A stretch of 64,000 bases of DNA from an uncultured Acidobacteriaceae bacterium (lineage in GTDB: Bacteria > Acidobacteriota > Terriglobia > Bryobacterales > Bryobacteraceae). Below the pieces are notes generated by a model, which was not told the origin of the DNA, ran no database searches, and worked only from the letters and a program-made list of their open reading frames with translations. The DNA is taken from the NCBI GenBank assembly GCA_963730865.1, contig CAVSTO010000016.1:14718-78717 (forward strand), in the 5' to 3' direction. The position numbers were made by a program, and so were the translations under genes. Below, one piece after another: positions 34,608-43,800 of this stretch; within the stretch, counting starts at the first letter, position 1, and each line of letters opens with the position of its first letter.

Positions 34608-36761
34608 GTGCTATATTACGGAACCAGCTCTATGCTTTTCTGTCGCTCTCATGTCCCCTTTTATCTCCTCGTTGGAACCGCTTTGCCGGCACTCCTTACA
34701 CTAGGGCTAGCAGCCCAAAGCATGCCAGAACCGCCCGTTGCACCCCGCATCCCACACGCTGAGGTGCGCCACGACGCTACTGTCACGGACAACTATTTCT
34801 GGCTGCGCGAGAAATCGAATCCCGAAGTCCTCAAGTACCTGAAGGACGAAAACGCCTATACGGCGGCGATGACCCAGAATCTGAAGCGGTTCGAGGACAA
34901 GCTCTACAAAGAGATGCTTAGCCATGTGAAGCAGACCGATTTTGAAGTGCCCGTGTGGGAAAGCGGCTACTTCTATTACTCGCGCACGGAAGAAGGCAAG
35001 CAGTATTCCATTCGCTGCCGCCGCAAAGGCTCGCAAGACGCCCCGGAAGAAATCCTGCTCGACCCGAACGAACTCGCCAAGACACACAAGTTCGTCGGCA
35101 TCGGGAATTTCCAGGTCAGCGACGATCAAAATCTCCTCGCCTATACAGTCGATTACACCGGCTTCCGGCAATACACGCTGCAAGTGAAGGACCTGCGCTC
35201 GGGCGAGACACTTCCGGATTCGGCCGAGCGCGTCACCTCGCTGGAATGGGCGGCCGATAACAAGACTCTTTTACTCACGACAGAGGATGCGGTGACCAAG
35301 CGCTCCGACAAACTTCTGCGCCACGTTCTCGGCACCGGCACTTTCAAGCTGCTGTATGAAGAGACAGATGAGCTTTACGATATTGGCGCCGACAAGACGC
35401 GCGACCGGCGATATCTATTGCTCAATATCGAGAGCAAGGACACCACTGAGGTCCGTTACCTGCGCGCGGATCATCCCCAGGACGCCCTCGCCGTCTTCCT
35501 GCCACGTGAAAAGAAACACCGTTATTACGTCGATCACCGGGAAGGGCTCTTTTACATCCGCACGAACAAACCGGGACGCAACTTCGCCGTCATGACCGCG
35601 CCCGAGAATGACCCTGCGCCAGCCAATTGGAAGCTCTTCGTACCGCAGCGTGACGACGTCCTCATCGAAGACATCGATCTGTTTAAAAAGTTCGCGGTGT
35701 CGATCGAGCAGTCGCAAGCTCTGAACCGCTTGCGCGTCTACAATTTCAAAACCGCTTCCTGGACGGACATTCCCTTCCCAGAGCCTGTCTATTCGGCGTC
35801 GCCCGGCGGCACGCGCGATTACGCATCAACTACGTACCGCTATAACTATCAAAGCTTCATCACTCCTCGCAGCATCTATGATTACGACACGGAAGCGGGC
35901 GCATCGAAGCTTTTGAAGCGCCAGGAAGTCTTGGGCGGTTACGACCCCTCTCAATATGTCTCCGAACGCCTCTGGGCCACCGCGCGCGACGGCGTGAAGG
36001 TTCCCATTTCGATCGTGTACAAGAAAGGGTTCAAGCGCGACGGCCGAGGTCCGCTGTTCCTCTATGCCTACGGTTCCTACGGTTATCCGACTCCCGTGAC
36101 GTTCGATGGCTCGCGTCTCAGCATCTTGGACCGCGGCATGGCCTATGCGATCGCGCACATTCGCGGCGGTAACGAAATGGGCGAGGGCTGGCGCGAAGAC
36201 GGCATGCTCATGAAGAAAAAGAATACCTTCTACGACTTCATCGATTGCGCCGAATACTTACAGAATGAGAATTGGACGTCGAAGGACCGGATCGTGATTG
36301 AGGGTGGCAGCGCCGGCGGTCTCTTAATGGGCGCCGTCGTAAATATGCGGCCCGATCTGTTTCGCGCCGTGCATGCGGCTGTTCCGTTCGTGGACGTTAT
36401 GAATACCATGATGGATGCCTCGCTGCCTCTCACGGTTGGCGAATACCTGGAATGGGGTAACCCGAACGAGAAAGCCGCTTACGATTACATGAAGACCTAC
36501 AGTCCGTATGACAATCTGGAAAAGCGCGCCTATCCCGCCATGCTCGTCACGACGAGCTTCAACGATAGCCAGGTGATGTATTGGGAGCCCGCCAAGTACG
36601 TCGCGCGTCTGCGTACGCTCAAAACGGATCAGAATCCTTTGCTTTTGAAGATCAAGATGGATCCCGCCGGGCACGGCGGCGCATCCGGCCGCTATGACCG
36701 TCTAAAAGATCGGGCCTTCGAATATGCCTGGTTGCTAAGCGAAGTGGGGATCGACCACTAA
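34608..36761 (+). CDS. ptrB: Oligopeptidase B / S9A prolyl-oligopeptidase family serine protease
   Basis: 717-aa ORF (GTG 34608; alternative ATG 34632). It has a signal/TM segment, a beta-propeller region (YFWLREKSNPEVLKYLKDENAYT) and catalytic GGSAGGLLMG, DSQV and AGHGG motifs. Confidence 0.9.
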   Translation: MLYYGTSSMLFCRSHVPFYLLVGTALPALLTLGLAAQSMPEPPVAPRIPHAEVRHDATVTDNYFWLREKSNPEVLKYLKDENAYTAAMTQNLKRFEDKLYKEMLSHVKQTDFEVPVWESGYFYYSRTEEGKQYSIRCRRKGSQDAPEEILLDPNELAKTHKFVGIGNFQVSDDQNLLAYTVDYTGFRQYTLQVKDLRSGETLPDSAERVTSLEWAADNKTLLLTTEDAVTKRSDKLLRHVLGTGTFKLLYEETDELYDIGADKTRDRRYLLLNIESKDTTEVRYLRADHPQDALAVFLPREKKHRYYVDHREGLFYIRTNKPGRNFAVMTAPENDPAPANWKLFVPQRDDVLIEDIDLFKKFAVSIEQSQALNRLRVYNFKTASWTDIPFPEPVYSASPGGTRDYASTTYRYNYQSFITPRSIYDYDTEAGASKLLKRQEVLGGYDPSQYVSERLWATARDGVKVPISIVYKKGFKRDGRGPLFLYAYGSYGYPTPVTFDGSRLSILDRGMAYAIAHIRGGNEMGEGWREDGMLMKKKNTFYDFIDCAEYLQNENWTSKDRIVIEGGSAGGLLMGAVVNMRPDLFRAVHAAVPFVDVMNTMMDASLPLTVGEYLEWGNPNEKAAYDYMKTYSPYDNLEKRAYPAMLVTTSFNDSQVMYWEPAKYVARLRTLKTDQNPLLLKIKMDPAGHGGASGRYDRLKDRAFEYAWLLSEVGIDH

Positions 36762-36830
36762 CTGACCGGGACGGCCGTGCAGAGTGTCCACTGGTTGTCG
36801 GCGTATGTCACACTGGACGTAGGTCGCCGT

Positions 36831-37085
36831 ATGACCCACCAACGAGCGCACATAGTTTTGCCGGACGATTTGCTTGCACAAATCGATCTGTTGGTTGGTC
36901 AGCGTGGACGTAGTGCTTTTCTCGTTGACGTGCTTCGGCGCGAAGTAAACCGTCGACGGCTACTCCAAATTCTGGACAGCCCGGAACAGGCATGGAAAGA
37001 CGAGGATCATCCCGAACTGGCTGAAGGCTCCGAGGCTTGGCTCCGTAAAATGCGCGATGAGGATAGGTCTTCCGGGCAATCTTGA
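36831..37085 (+). CDS. vapB: Ribbon-helix-helix (CopG/VapB-like) antitoxin
   Basis: ATG 36831: MTHQRAHIVLPDDLLAQIDLLVGQRGRSAFLVDVLRREV is an RHH motif. The stop overlaps the start of the PIN gene. Confidence 0.7.
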   Translation: MTHQRAHIVLPDDLLAQIDLLVGQRGRSAFLVDVLRREVNRRRLLQILDSPEQAWKDEDHPELAEGSEAWLRKMRDEDRSSGQS

Positions 37086-37483
37086 CCCTGAATGAGCATC
37101 TTCCTTGGGACACAAATATCCTGGTGGATGCTCTTAACGCGAAGCGTGGCCGTAGAGAATTATTACGATCTCTGGTAAGAGACGGGAATCAACTAGCGTG
37201 CTGCGCCGTTACCATTGCCGAAGTATATTCCGGGATGCGTGAACACGAGACGGCAATGAGGGATCAGTTTCTTTCATCGTTGATCTGGTACGAAGTTTCC
37301 CGCTCCGTCGCACGGCGAGCTGGTGGCTTGCGTTACGAGTGGGCTCGTAAGGGAACGACCCTTAGCCTCGCGGACATCTTGATTGCGGCGATTAGCATCG
37401 AGTATCGTTTGACACTCATAACCGATAACAGGAAGCATTTCCCGTTTCCGGATCTGTTGCTATACAGCCCTTCGCCGTCTTAG
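37082..37483 (+). CDS. vapC: PIN-domain toxin (VapC family)
   Basis: 133 aa. WDTNILVDAL (first acidic PIN residue), TIAEVYSG, LADILIAAISIEYRLTLITDNRKHF (last acidic residue). Confidence 0.8.
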   Translation: MTLNEHLPWDTNILVDALNAKRGRRELLRSLVRDGNQLACCAVTIAEVYSGMREHETAMRDQFLSSLIWYEVSRSVARRAGGLRYEWARKGTTLSLADILIAAISIEYRLTLITDNRKHFPFPDLLLYSPSPS

Positions 37484-38466
37484 AAGTGAATGACCGAGCG
37501 CGAAGTATAGCGATGATAGTCGGAAAAGTTAATCACATTCCATTCGCGATGATTGGTGCGTGCATACAGCACGGAGTATTCGCCGGTGCTCGGAAGAAGA
37601 TATGCTTTACCGTCCAGGTCTACGGGCTTCAACGCAACACTCCATTGGATTTCTGAAATCCCGCTATCCGGCGGAATGGCCGTGGATGTGCGCGCGATTT
37701 GCAGGATCTCCCCAGAGGATTTCGAGACCCAAACCTTCGTTTCAAAGGGGACCCGATATTGCTGGGAACTGACTGTTAGATCCCACGGGCTGTCCTGCCC
37801 AGGCACTTGAAAGCTATAGATCATAGCGGGCGCGCCGTTCAGAGTCGTCTCCATCTGCTGTGAGATGGGCTGGGTCGCGAGCAGCGCACGCGTTTGCCGC
37901 AACAAAGTGCCGAACTCGCCTTCCGACCACGCCCCCGGGATGCTCGACAAACTCGGGCGGTCACGATTGTTTTCGCGAACGTCCGTATAGTTCTCGACTC
38001 CGTTCTCAAACGAAAGCTTGGCGTACACGGTATCGATGCGGTGCGGATTCTGCCCGTTTAGATGCGCCTGGTAACGCTCCATCTCCTCGTTGCAAATGAA
38101 GGACTTCAGGTCTGTGTATACCAGTTCGTTCTCTAGCTGGGCGCGCGCCAGCAAATCCCCCGGCGCCTGATTTTCACTGAACGCGGGCGCCACCGGCAAA
38201 CCGTTTTCCGCTTCGGAAGCGCCGGGAGACCGGACGCCCCGCAAGCCCGCCTGCATCCGCCCGCTGCCCTGCTTGTGAACGCCGTAAAAGTAGCCCGTGA
38301 AACATAACGCGCACGATACGACAATCCATGCGCCTGTTTTCGTGATGCGCCAGCCGTCCGATTCCGGCCCTTGTCTCAGAGGTGGTCCTGATTGCCCAAC
38401 TGATTCCAAAACACAATCTCCTACCAGTCTCATCGGCAGAAGACTTTCTAAGTAAGAGCCCGGCAA
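37480..38466 (-). CDS. Hypothetical membrane-anchored/secreted protein
   Basis: 328-aa ORF with one TM segment (GAWIVVSCALCFTGYFYGV) followed by a globular region. No family recognised, and the start is uncertain (38466 or 38433). Confidence 0.5.
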   Translation of the reverse strand: MPGSYLESLLPMRLVGDCVLESVGQSGPPLRQGPESDGWRITKTGAWIVVSCALCFTGYFYGVHKQGSGRMQAGLRGVRSPGASEAENGLPVAPAFSENQAPGDLLARAQLENELVYTDLKSFICNEEMERYQAHLNGQNPHRIDTVYAKLSFENGVENYTDVRENNRDRPSLSSIPGAWSEGEFGTLLRQTRALLATQPISQQMETTLNGAPAMIYSFQVPGQDSPWDLTVSSQQYRVPFETKVWVSKSSGEILQIARTSTAIPPDSGISEIQWSVALKPVDLDGKAYLLPSTGEYSVLYARTNHREWNVINFSDYHRYTSRSVIHF

Positions 38467-38600
38467 CGCACACGCGATGACCTTGCGCTAAAGCGAGCGG
38501 CGATTTCTTGTCGATTCGACCAAGCATCGCTTGGCTGTCGGGCTAGCTACTTTCGGGAGTTCGGATATGTCCTGCCCGGCGTCGAGCGCGCCGCGGGGCA

Positions 38601-40010
38601 TCAGGCCCGTTGAAACCCACGGCGCTCCATCTTTCCCCAGGACCGCTCTTTCTTGAACAGAACCTGCAGAATGGCTTGCACCCGCCACAGCAACGTGATT
38701 TGCCGGTATCCCACGTTTTCAATAAAGCCCGCCAGCAGCAAATGCACCAGATCGCGCGGGTTGGGATACTTCGATATTGTCGATTCTTCCAAGAGCACTG
38801 AACCGACGGACAGGAGGAGCCCAAACAGAACCGACACCGCGAAAAACAGCAGAGCGCTTGCCATCGAAAGCAACCCCAGCAACAATCCCACGAAGGTAAC
38901 CAGATACCCCATCGCTTCCACCAGCGGCCCGATCACCTCGCAAAGCACAAAGTAAGGGAGCCCCAGCAATCCAACCGCTCCAAAGCGCGCATTCCCAATC
39001 AGCCGCTTGTGGAACAGCAAGCACTCTAAGCAGCCGCGCTGCCAGCGAATGCGCTGCCGCCGCAGCACGCGCGCGGATTCCGGCACCTCCGTCCAACACA
39101 CCGAATCTGAAATGAACCGGACGCGGCAGGGCAGGTGGCGCTCACGGCAATGACGATGAATCCGCATCACCAGTTCCATGTCTTCGCCCACCGTATCGCG
39201 ACGGTAGCCGCCCATCTCCACTACCAGTTCGCGCCGGAAAACACCAAATGCTCCGGAGATCACCAGCAACGTGTTCGCAAAGCTCAACGCGGTGCGCCCG
39301 GCTAGAAACGCCCGCAAGTATTCCACAATCTGGAAGCGGGCCATGAGATTCCTTGGCGTGTTGACCGCAAGCACTGCTCCATGCTCGATACGGCAATCGT
39401 TCGCCACACGAATCATGCCTCCCACGGCCATCGTCTCTCCCGGCGATTCGAGAAAAGGCCGCGCAATTTGCAGCAGCGCGTCGCGCTCGATGATCGAATC
39501 CGAATCCACCGCCGCGAACAACTCGTGCCGCGAGTAGTTGATCCCAGAATTGAGCGCGTCAGCCTTTCCGCCATTCTCTTTGTCGATCACCACCAGGGGA
39601 ACCGGATCGCGCGATTCATACACGCCGCGCACCGTAGCCGTCGGAATATCGCCGAGCGCCACCCTGCTCGATCGATACAGCCGGAACTCCTCAATCAACA
39701 CTTGCAGCGTACCGTCGGCCGACCCATCGTTGATCACAATCACTTCATGCCGCGGATGCCGCAATCGGAGCATCGAGCGAACGCTGTCGCGAACCGTCGC
39801 CGCTTCGTTATACGCCGGCGCCAGCACCGAAACGCTGGGCACAAACGGCGATTTCATCAATACTTCCAACTCATCCGCGCTGAACGGATCGCTCTCCTTC
39901 GCAAGCGCGAAATAACCGATCAGCATCAGCAGGAAATTCGCCGCGTTCACCAACACCACATAGCCGACGATGAGATCCTCAAGCGCCCGGTAGAAGTTCA
40001 GTCCCGCCAT
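38601..40010 (-). CDS. Processive family-2 glycosyltransferase (PgaC/BcsA/NodC-like polysaccharide synthase)
   Basis: 469 aa with N- and C-terminal TM bundles. Motifs VSVLAPAYNEA, VIVINDGSADGT, KENGGKADALN, AAVDSDS, GEDMEL and RRQRIRWQRG (QxxRW). Confidence 0.85.
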   Translation of the reverse strand: MAGLNFYRALEDLIVGYVVLVNAANFLLMLIGYFALAKESDPFSADELEVLMKSPFVPSVSVLAPAYNEAATVRDSVRSMLRLRHPRHEVIVINDGSADGTLQVLIEEFRLYRSSRVALGDIPTATVRGVYESRDPVPLVVIDKENGGKADALNSGINYSRHELFAAVDSDSIIERDALLQIARPFLESPGETMAVGGMIRVANDCRIEHGAVLAVNTPRNLMARFQIVEYLRAFLAGRTALSFANTLLVISGAFGVFRRELVVEMGGYRRDTVGEDMELVMRIHRHCRERHLPCRVRFISDSVCWTEVPESARVLRRQRIRWQRGCLECLLFHKRLIGNARFGAVGLLGLPYFVLCEVIGPLVEAMGYLVTFVGLLLGLLSMASALLFFAVSVLFGLLLSVGSVLLEESTISKYPNPRDLVHLLLAGFIENVGYRQITLLWRVQAILQVLFKKERSWGKMERRGFQRA

Positions 40011-40020
40011 CCGATCTCTC

Positions 40021-41214
40021 CTAGCGCCTTACGGCCGCGTGCTCCAGCGCTTCCATCGCGACTGCGGCCGCTTTCCTGTCGGCACTGACGACGATCTTGT
40101 CGAGTACGATCTCCCCTGCTTCCCCTATATGCGCCAGAGCGTTCGCCGCGGCGACCGCTAGGCGCCGCTCTGCGAACAATCCAGCCTTAAGCGCCGGAAT
40201 CAGAGGGACGATCTTCAATCGGCCGGCGGCTTCCGCAGCGGCGCAGCGAACATCCAAATCGGCACTCTCTAAGGCGGCCCGAACGTAGTCCGCGATCGAA
40301 TCTTCCGTCAGCACATACGGTAAGAGCCCAAGCACCAGAGGCGTAAGCAAACGATCCTGCTCGCGCGCCAGCCAGGGACGCACGTCGAAGGAGGGGATGG
40401 CTCGTTTCCAGGCAATCAGAACTTCAAAACAGCGCGCCGCCTCCTCGGGTGTGGCGTTTTTCAACGAACGCGGGATGGTGTGGGCCAACAAATAGGCCGC
40501 GTGCCGCTTCAACTCGTCCGCCAGTAGAGCGCGCATCAGTAACGATTCCCGCAGTGCGGCGAAAAACACCTGCTCCACGGCTAGCGCATCGCCTGCCATG
40601 AGCAGCGCGCGGTAAGCCTGCGCGCGAACGCCGGAATCGGCATCGCGAATTCCCGCATACAGCGCCGCGTCCCCCGCCACCGGCGAGATCAACCCCAGCA
40701 GCGAGACGGCCCTTTTCCGCTCCTTCTTCGAATCCGACGAGAGTTCCTCCAGCCACTCGGCGGCAAATCCGTGCGCCATCGCGAAACGCGCCACGCGCTC
40801 CCGGCCCGCGGCTTTTACGGCCCCTAAAGTATGGGCGATATTGTCCTCGAGCACCTGTCTCGCCGGCCCGTGCCGCGGCACCTCCGAAGACCACGATTCG
40901 CCTTCGAGCGCCAGCGCCAAGACACGGTCCCGAATCGCAGGCCGAATCTGCTCGTACAGACTCTCTTTCAGCCGCGCATACGTACGCACCGACAGCAGCG
41001 AAATCGACAGCAGAAGAATAATGCCCGTTTGCACCGCTCCGAAAGCCGCTGCCCAACACAAGGCACGATCATGGATGATCCGCGCCGCTTGCCGCTCGAC
41101 CAGCAGATTGATAAGCAATACCGCCACCGAGACCGCAACAGCCTTCGTATATACTTTTCCTGCCTCGCGCCCCATCACCGGGTCTCCATCGCGGCTCTCG
41201 CTACAGCCGTCCAA
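40021..41214 (-). CDS. Membrane-anchored HEAT-repeat protein
   Basis: N-terminal TM segments, then repeated HEAT-like units (IRDADSGVRAQAYRALLMAGD; SADLDVRCAAAEAAGRLK; ERRLAVAAANALAHIGE). Its start overlaps the stop of the upstream regulator gene by 14 nt. Confidence 0.6.
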   Translation of the reverse strand: MDGCSESRDGDPVMGREAGKVYTKAVAVSVAVLLINLLVERQAARIIHDRALCWAAAFGAVQTGIILLLSISLLSVRTYARLKESLYEQIRPAIRDRVLALALEGESWSSEVPRHGPARQVLEDNIAHTLGAVKAAGRERVARFAMAHGFAAEWLEELSSDSKKERKRAVSLLGLISPVAGDAALYAGIRDADSGVRAQAYRALLMAGDALAVEQVFFAALRESLLMRALLADELKRHAAYLLAHTIPRSLKNATPEEAARCFEVLIAWKRAIPSFDVRPWLAREQDRLLTPLVLGLLPYVLTEDSIADYVRAALESADLDVRCAAAEAAGRLKIVPLIPALKAGLFAERRLAVAAANALAHIGEAGEIVLDKIVVSADRKAAAVAMEALEHAAVRR

Positions 41215-42046
41215 TGGCGCGCTTGAGGCGCATCATCAGCTCCATGGGGTTAAACGGTTTTATGACGTAATCGTCCGCGCCCAGACTGAATCCTCGCAAG
41301 ATGTCCGATTCCTGCTCACATCCGGTCAACAGAATCACGCGCGTTTGCGCCATCTCCGGGACGCTCTTCATGCGCGACAGAACTTCGAAGCCGTCGATGC
41401 TCGGCATCCCAACGTCGAGCACAGCGGCGCACGGCCTCAATTTTTGGATCAGATCGAGCGCCTCTCTACCGTTCGAAGCCACTTCGCAAGTCAGGCCATT
41501 GCGCTGCAGCGTCAGGCGCACCAGCGCGGTGATGGAAGGATCGTCATCGGCCAAAACCACGGTCGATCCGGGAGGAACAGGTTGAGATCCGGCAGGCAAA
41601 TCGGCCCGCAGAGCCAGCACGCAACGCAGTAACAGTTCCTCGGCGCCCGTGGGCCAGACGCAAAACTTTTGCCAGGCTACGCGCGCCTGCTTCACCAGCC
41701 GCAACAACACCGCAACCGGTCCAGCAGCAATGCACCTGTCGGTCACGAACTGCAGTTGTTCCGCATCCAGCCACGCCGTTTCCGCCGCGCCTTCCACGTT
41801 AACCAGAATCAGTTCGAGCGGCTTCAGAATATCCGCGCCGGGACGCACGTCAAAACGCAGAGAACGGACGAATGCATCCGCGTCCGTCAGGATGCGCGTC
41901 AACTCCGCGGCCGCGGTTTCCCCGAATCCCAACAACGCAATCCGTTTGCCCGAGAGCGCTTCGCGGGCGTAGGACAGCGCGTCCACTGCGGCTGAACTGC
42001 TTCCATTCCTTGCTTCCGGGTTCAATGTTTCTGATAGCTGGCTCAA
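41201..42046 (-). CDS. Response regulator: degenerate N-terminal receiver-like domain + canonical receiver, no output domain
   Basis: C-terminal half STVVLADDDPSITALV...AAVLDVGMPSIDGFEVL...ILLTGCEQESDILRGFSLGADDYVIKPF is a REC domain. The N-terminal half (KRIALLGFGETAAAELTRIL...LELILVNVEG) lacks the acidic pocket. Confidence 0.8.
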   Translation of the reverse strand: MSQLSETLNPEARNGSSSAAVDALSYAREALSGKRIALLGFGETAAAELTRILTDADAFVRSLRFDVRPGADILKPLELILVNVEGAAETAWLDAEQLQFVTDRCIAAGPVAVLLRLVKQARVAWQKFCVWPTGAEELLLRCVLALRADLPAGSQPVPPGSTVVLADDDPSITALVRLTLQRNGLTCEVASNGREALDLIQKLRPCAAVLDVGMPSIDGFEVLSRMKSVPEMAQTRVILLTGCEQESDILRGFSLGADDYVIKPFNPMELMMRLKRAIGRL

Positions 42047-42085
42047 ACGTGGATCCTCATGTCGAATCTCATGCGCCGCCTTGTC

Positions 42086-43114
42086 TTATCGCGCCTGCTG
42101 CAGCCGGTCGCGGCGCCCGGCGATTTCCGCATCCGTCGGATCGAGCGCCAACGCCTTATCGTATTGCGCCAATGCATCCCGGGGACGTCGCTCGGCCTCG
42201 GCAATCCGCCCCAGGAACACGTGGAAATCCGCGCGCTGATCGTCGAGCGCCGCCCCGCGCAAGAAGATTCTTTCGGCGTCCGGCAACCGGCTCTCGCGCC
42301 AGGCGACAATCCCGGCAATCAACAAAGCGTCAGTTTCATCCGGTGCTTTATGCAGGATTCCCAGCGCCGCCGCTTCGGCTTCGCGCAAATGATTTTGTTT
42401 CAGTTCGACCAGCGCCATTCCCGTTACAGCATCCAAATTTTTCGGGTCCGCCGCAGTCGCCTGGCGATACAGAGATGCGGCGCGCGCGAAATCGCCTTTG
42501 GTCTGCAGCGCGTGCGCAAACGCCACCAAAATGTCGGCGTTGCGGGGTTCGAGCGATACGCATTTTTCAAACGCCTGAATCGCGGCATCCAGGTCTCCGG
42601 CGCGCTCGTACGCCGTGCCAATAGCCGGACACGCTGCCTGCGGCGTCGAAGATCGCGTCATGAATTGTTGCCACAGCTTGGCTTCATCCCCAAATTGCTG
42701 CGCCGTGTGCGCCTGTTCGGCTTGCTTGCGAAGATCGGCATCGCTCGCATTCGGGTCTGCCGCGGCAGAATCCGGTACGGCCCCATCCGCCACAGCGGAA
42801 CCGCCGCTTCCAGAGTTCGTCTGAGGTTCCGCGGCCGGCGCATCCCCCGGCTTCGAGTTTGCAGCGCTCGGCTCAACCGCAACCGGCGCGGAAGCAGCTG
42901 GCTGCCCTAGGTCCATACTGTTCGCCTGCTGCTTTCTGTGCAGTCCATACAGGTAATAGCCTGTCAAGATCATCGAGCAAACAATCGGAACCCAAACTTT
43001 GATCTTGTGCGTCTGCGTGGACAACTGCACCGCACGCTTCGCTAATTGCCGGCCTTCCTTCAGCAATTGCGCCTCTTCGGACAACTGTTTCTGGGGAGCG
43101 TCTAAACCATCCAT
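42086..43114 (-). CDS. Single-pass membrane TPR-repeat protein
   Basis: TM segment VWVPIVCSMILTGYYLY, a low-complexity Ala/Pro linker, then TPR units (AIGTAYERAGDLDAAIQAFEKCVSLEPRNADILVAFAHAL...). Confidence 0.75.
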   Translation of the reverse strand: MDGLDAPQKQLSEEAQLLKEGRQLAKRAVQLSTQTHKIKVWVPIVCSMILTGYYLYGLHRKQQANSMDLGQPAASAPVAVEPSAANSKPGDAPAAEPQTNSGSGGSAVADGAVPDSAAADPNASDADLRKQAEQAHTAQQFGDEAKLWQQFMTRSSTPQAACPAIGTAYERAGDLDAAIQAFEKCVSLEPRNADILVAFAHALQTKGDFARAASLYRQATAADPKNLDAVTGMALVELKQNHLREAEAAALGILHKAPDETDALLIAGIVAWRESRLPDAERIFLRGAALDDQRADFHVFLGRIAEAERRPRDALAQYDKALALDPTDAEIAGRRDRLQQAR

Positions 43115-43208
43115 TAGAACCTCGATCGCAGGGTGTAAGGGCCGCCGCTCACGGCCGTTCCCAGTTCACAGACGGCAACCCGCGTCGTCAGAAACCTCAT
43201 CGGCAAAG

Positions 43209-43245
43209 CTGATCTGTATCACTGATCTGTATAAAGTGATCTCTA
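43209..43245. promoter_or_regulatory. Direct repeats CTGATCTGTAT x2 plus a degenerate third copy upstream of the EPS operon
   Basis: CTGATCTGTAT at 43209-43219 and 43222-43232. GTGATCTCTA at 43236-43245. They lie 95-131 nt upstream of the TPR gene start (43114) and downstream of the Hpt gene. Confidence 0.35.
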
Positions 43246-43286
43246 CACAAGTGACGGAACGTGGGCCTACCCGCTCTTTGACTTGC

Positions 43287-43577
43287 TTATCGTGAAGGCG
43301 ACCAATTCAAATGCTCCAGATATTCATTCAGCCGTCGCAGTTCTGCGCGGAAAGAAGCGCCATCGGCTGCCCGCGCATAGCGCTCGAGCGTCTCCCCGAA
43401 GTGCGTCAGCTCTGCGAAACCAAAAGAACCGCCGCTGCCCTTCAGGCTGTGGCTTAGGACGCGCAGCCGCTCGAAATCGGAGGACGCGAGCAACTCGAGC
43501 ATTTGCGGAAGCTCATTCTTGCGGGCCGCCAAATACTCCGGCACTAACTCTTCGACGATGCGGCTAAGTGGCTTCAC
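43287..43577 (-). CDS. Hpt (histidine phosphotransfer) domain protein
   Basis: 96 aa. LRVLSHSLKGSGGSFGFAEL is the Hpt phospho-histidine motif (HxxKG). Confidence 0.85.
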   Translation of the reverse strand: MKPLSRIVEELVPEYLAARKNELPQMLELLASSDFERLRVLSHSLKGSGGSFGFAELTHFGETLERYARAADGASFRAELRRLNEYLEHLNWSPSR

Positions 43578-43800
43578 CTTCGGTCCAATGCGCCGGAACC
43601 CTGCGCGCGCACGCTCGATTCGGTCCCGATGCCCTCATCGTCGCCGTGCCCGGATTCTCTTAGCGATCTTTGGTTCCGCTATCCTGCTGCCGCGTCGCCG
43701 CAACGATTTCAAGGGACCGCAGTGCCTTTGGGTCGATGAGATAAGCGGAGACCTCCGGGGTCTGCCTCGGCGATCGCCTGTCCCTTCGGAACTGCTCTGC

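Noticed and set aside
43519-43800. The 94-codon N-terminal extension of the kinase ORF (track start 43519).
   Set aside because: It overlaps the Hpt gene on the opposite strand and is Arg-rich with no TM helix. ATG 43801 starts directly with the expected N-terminal TM helix of a CHASE3 sensor.
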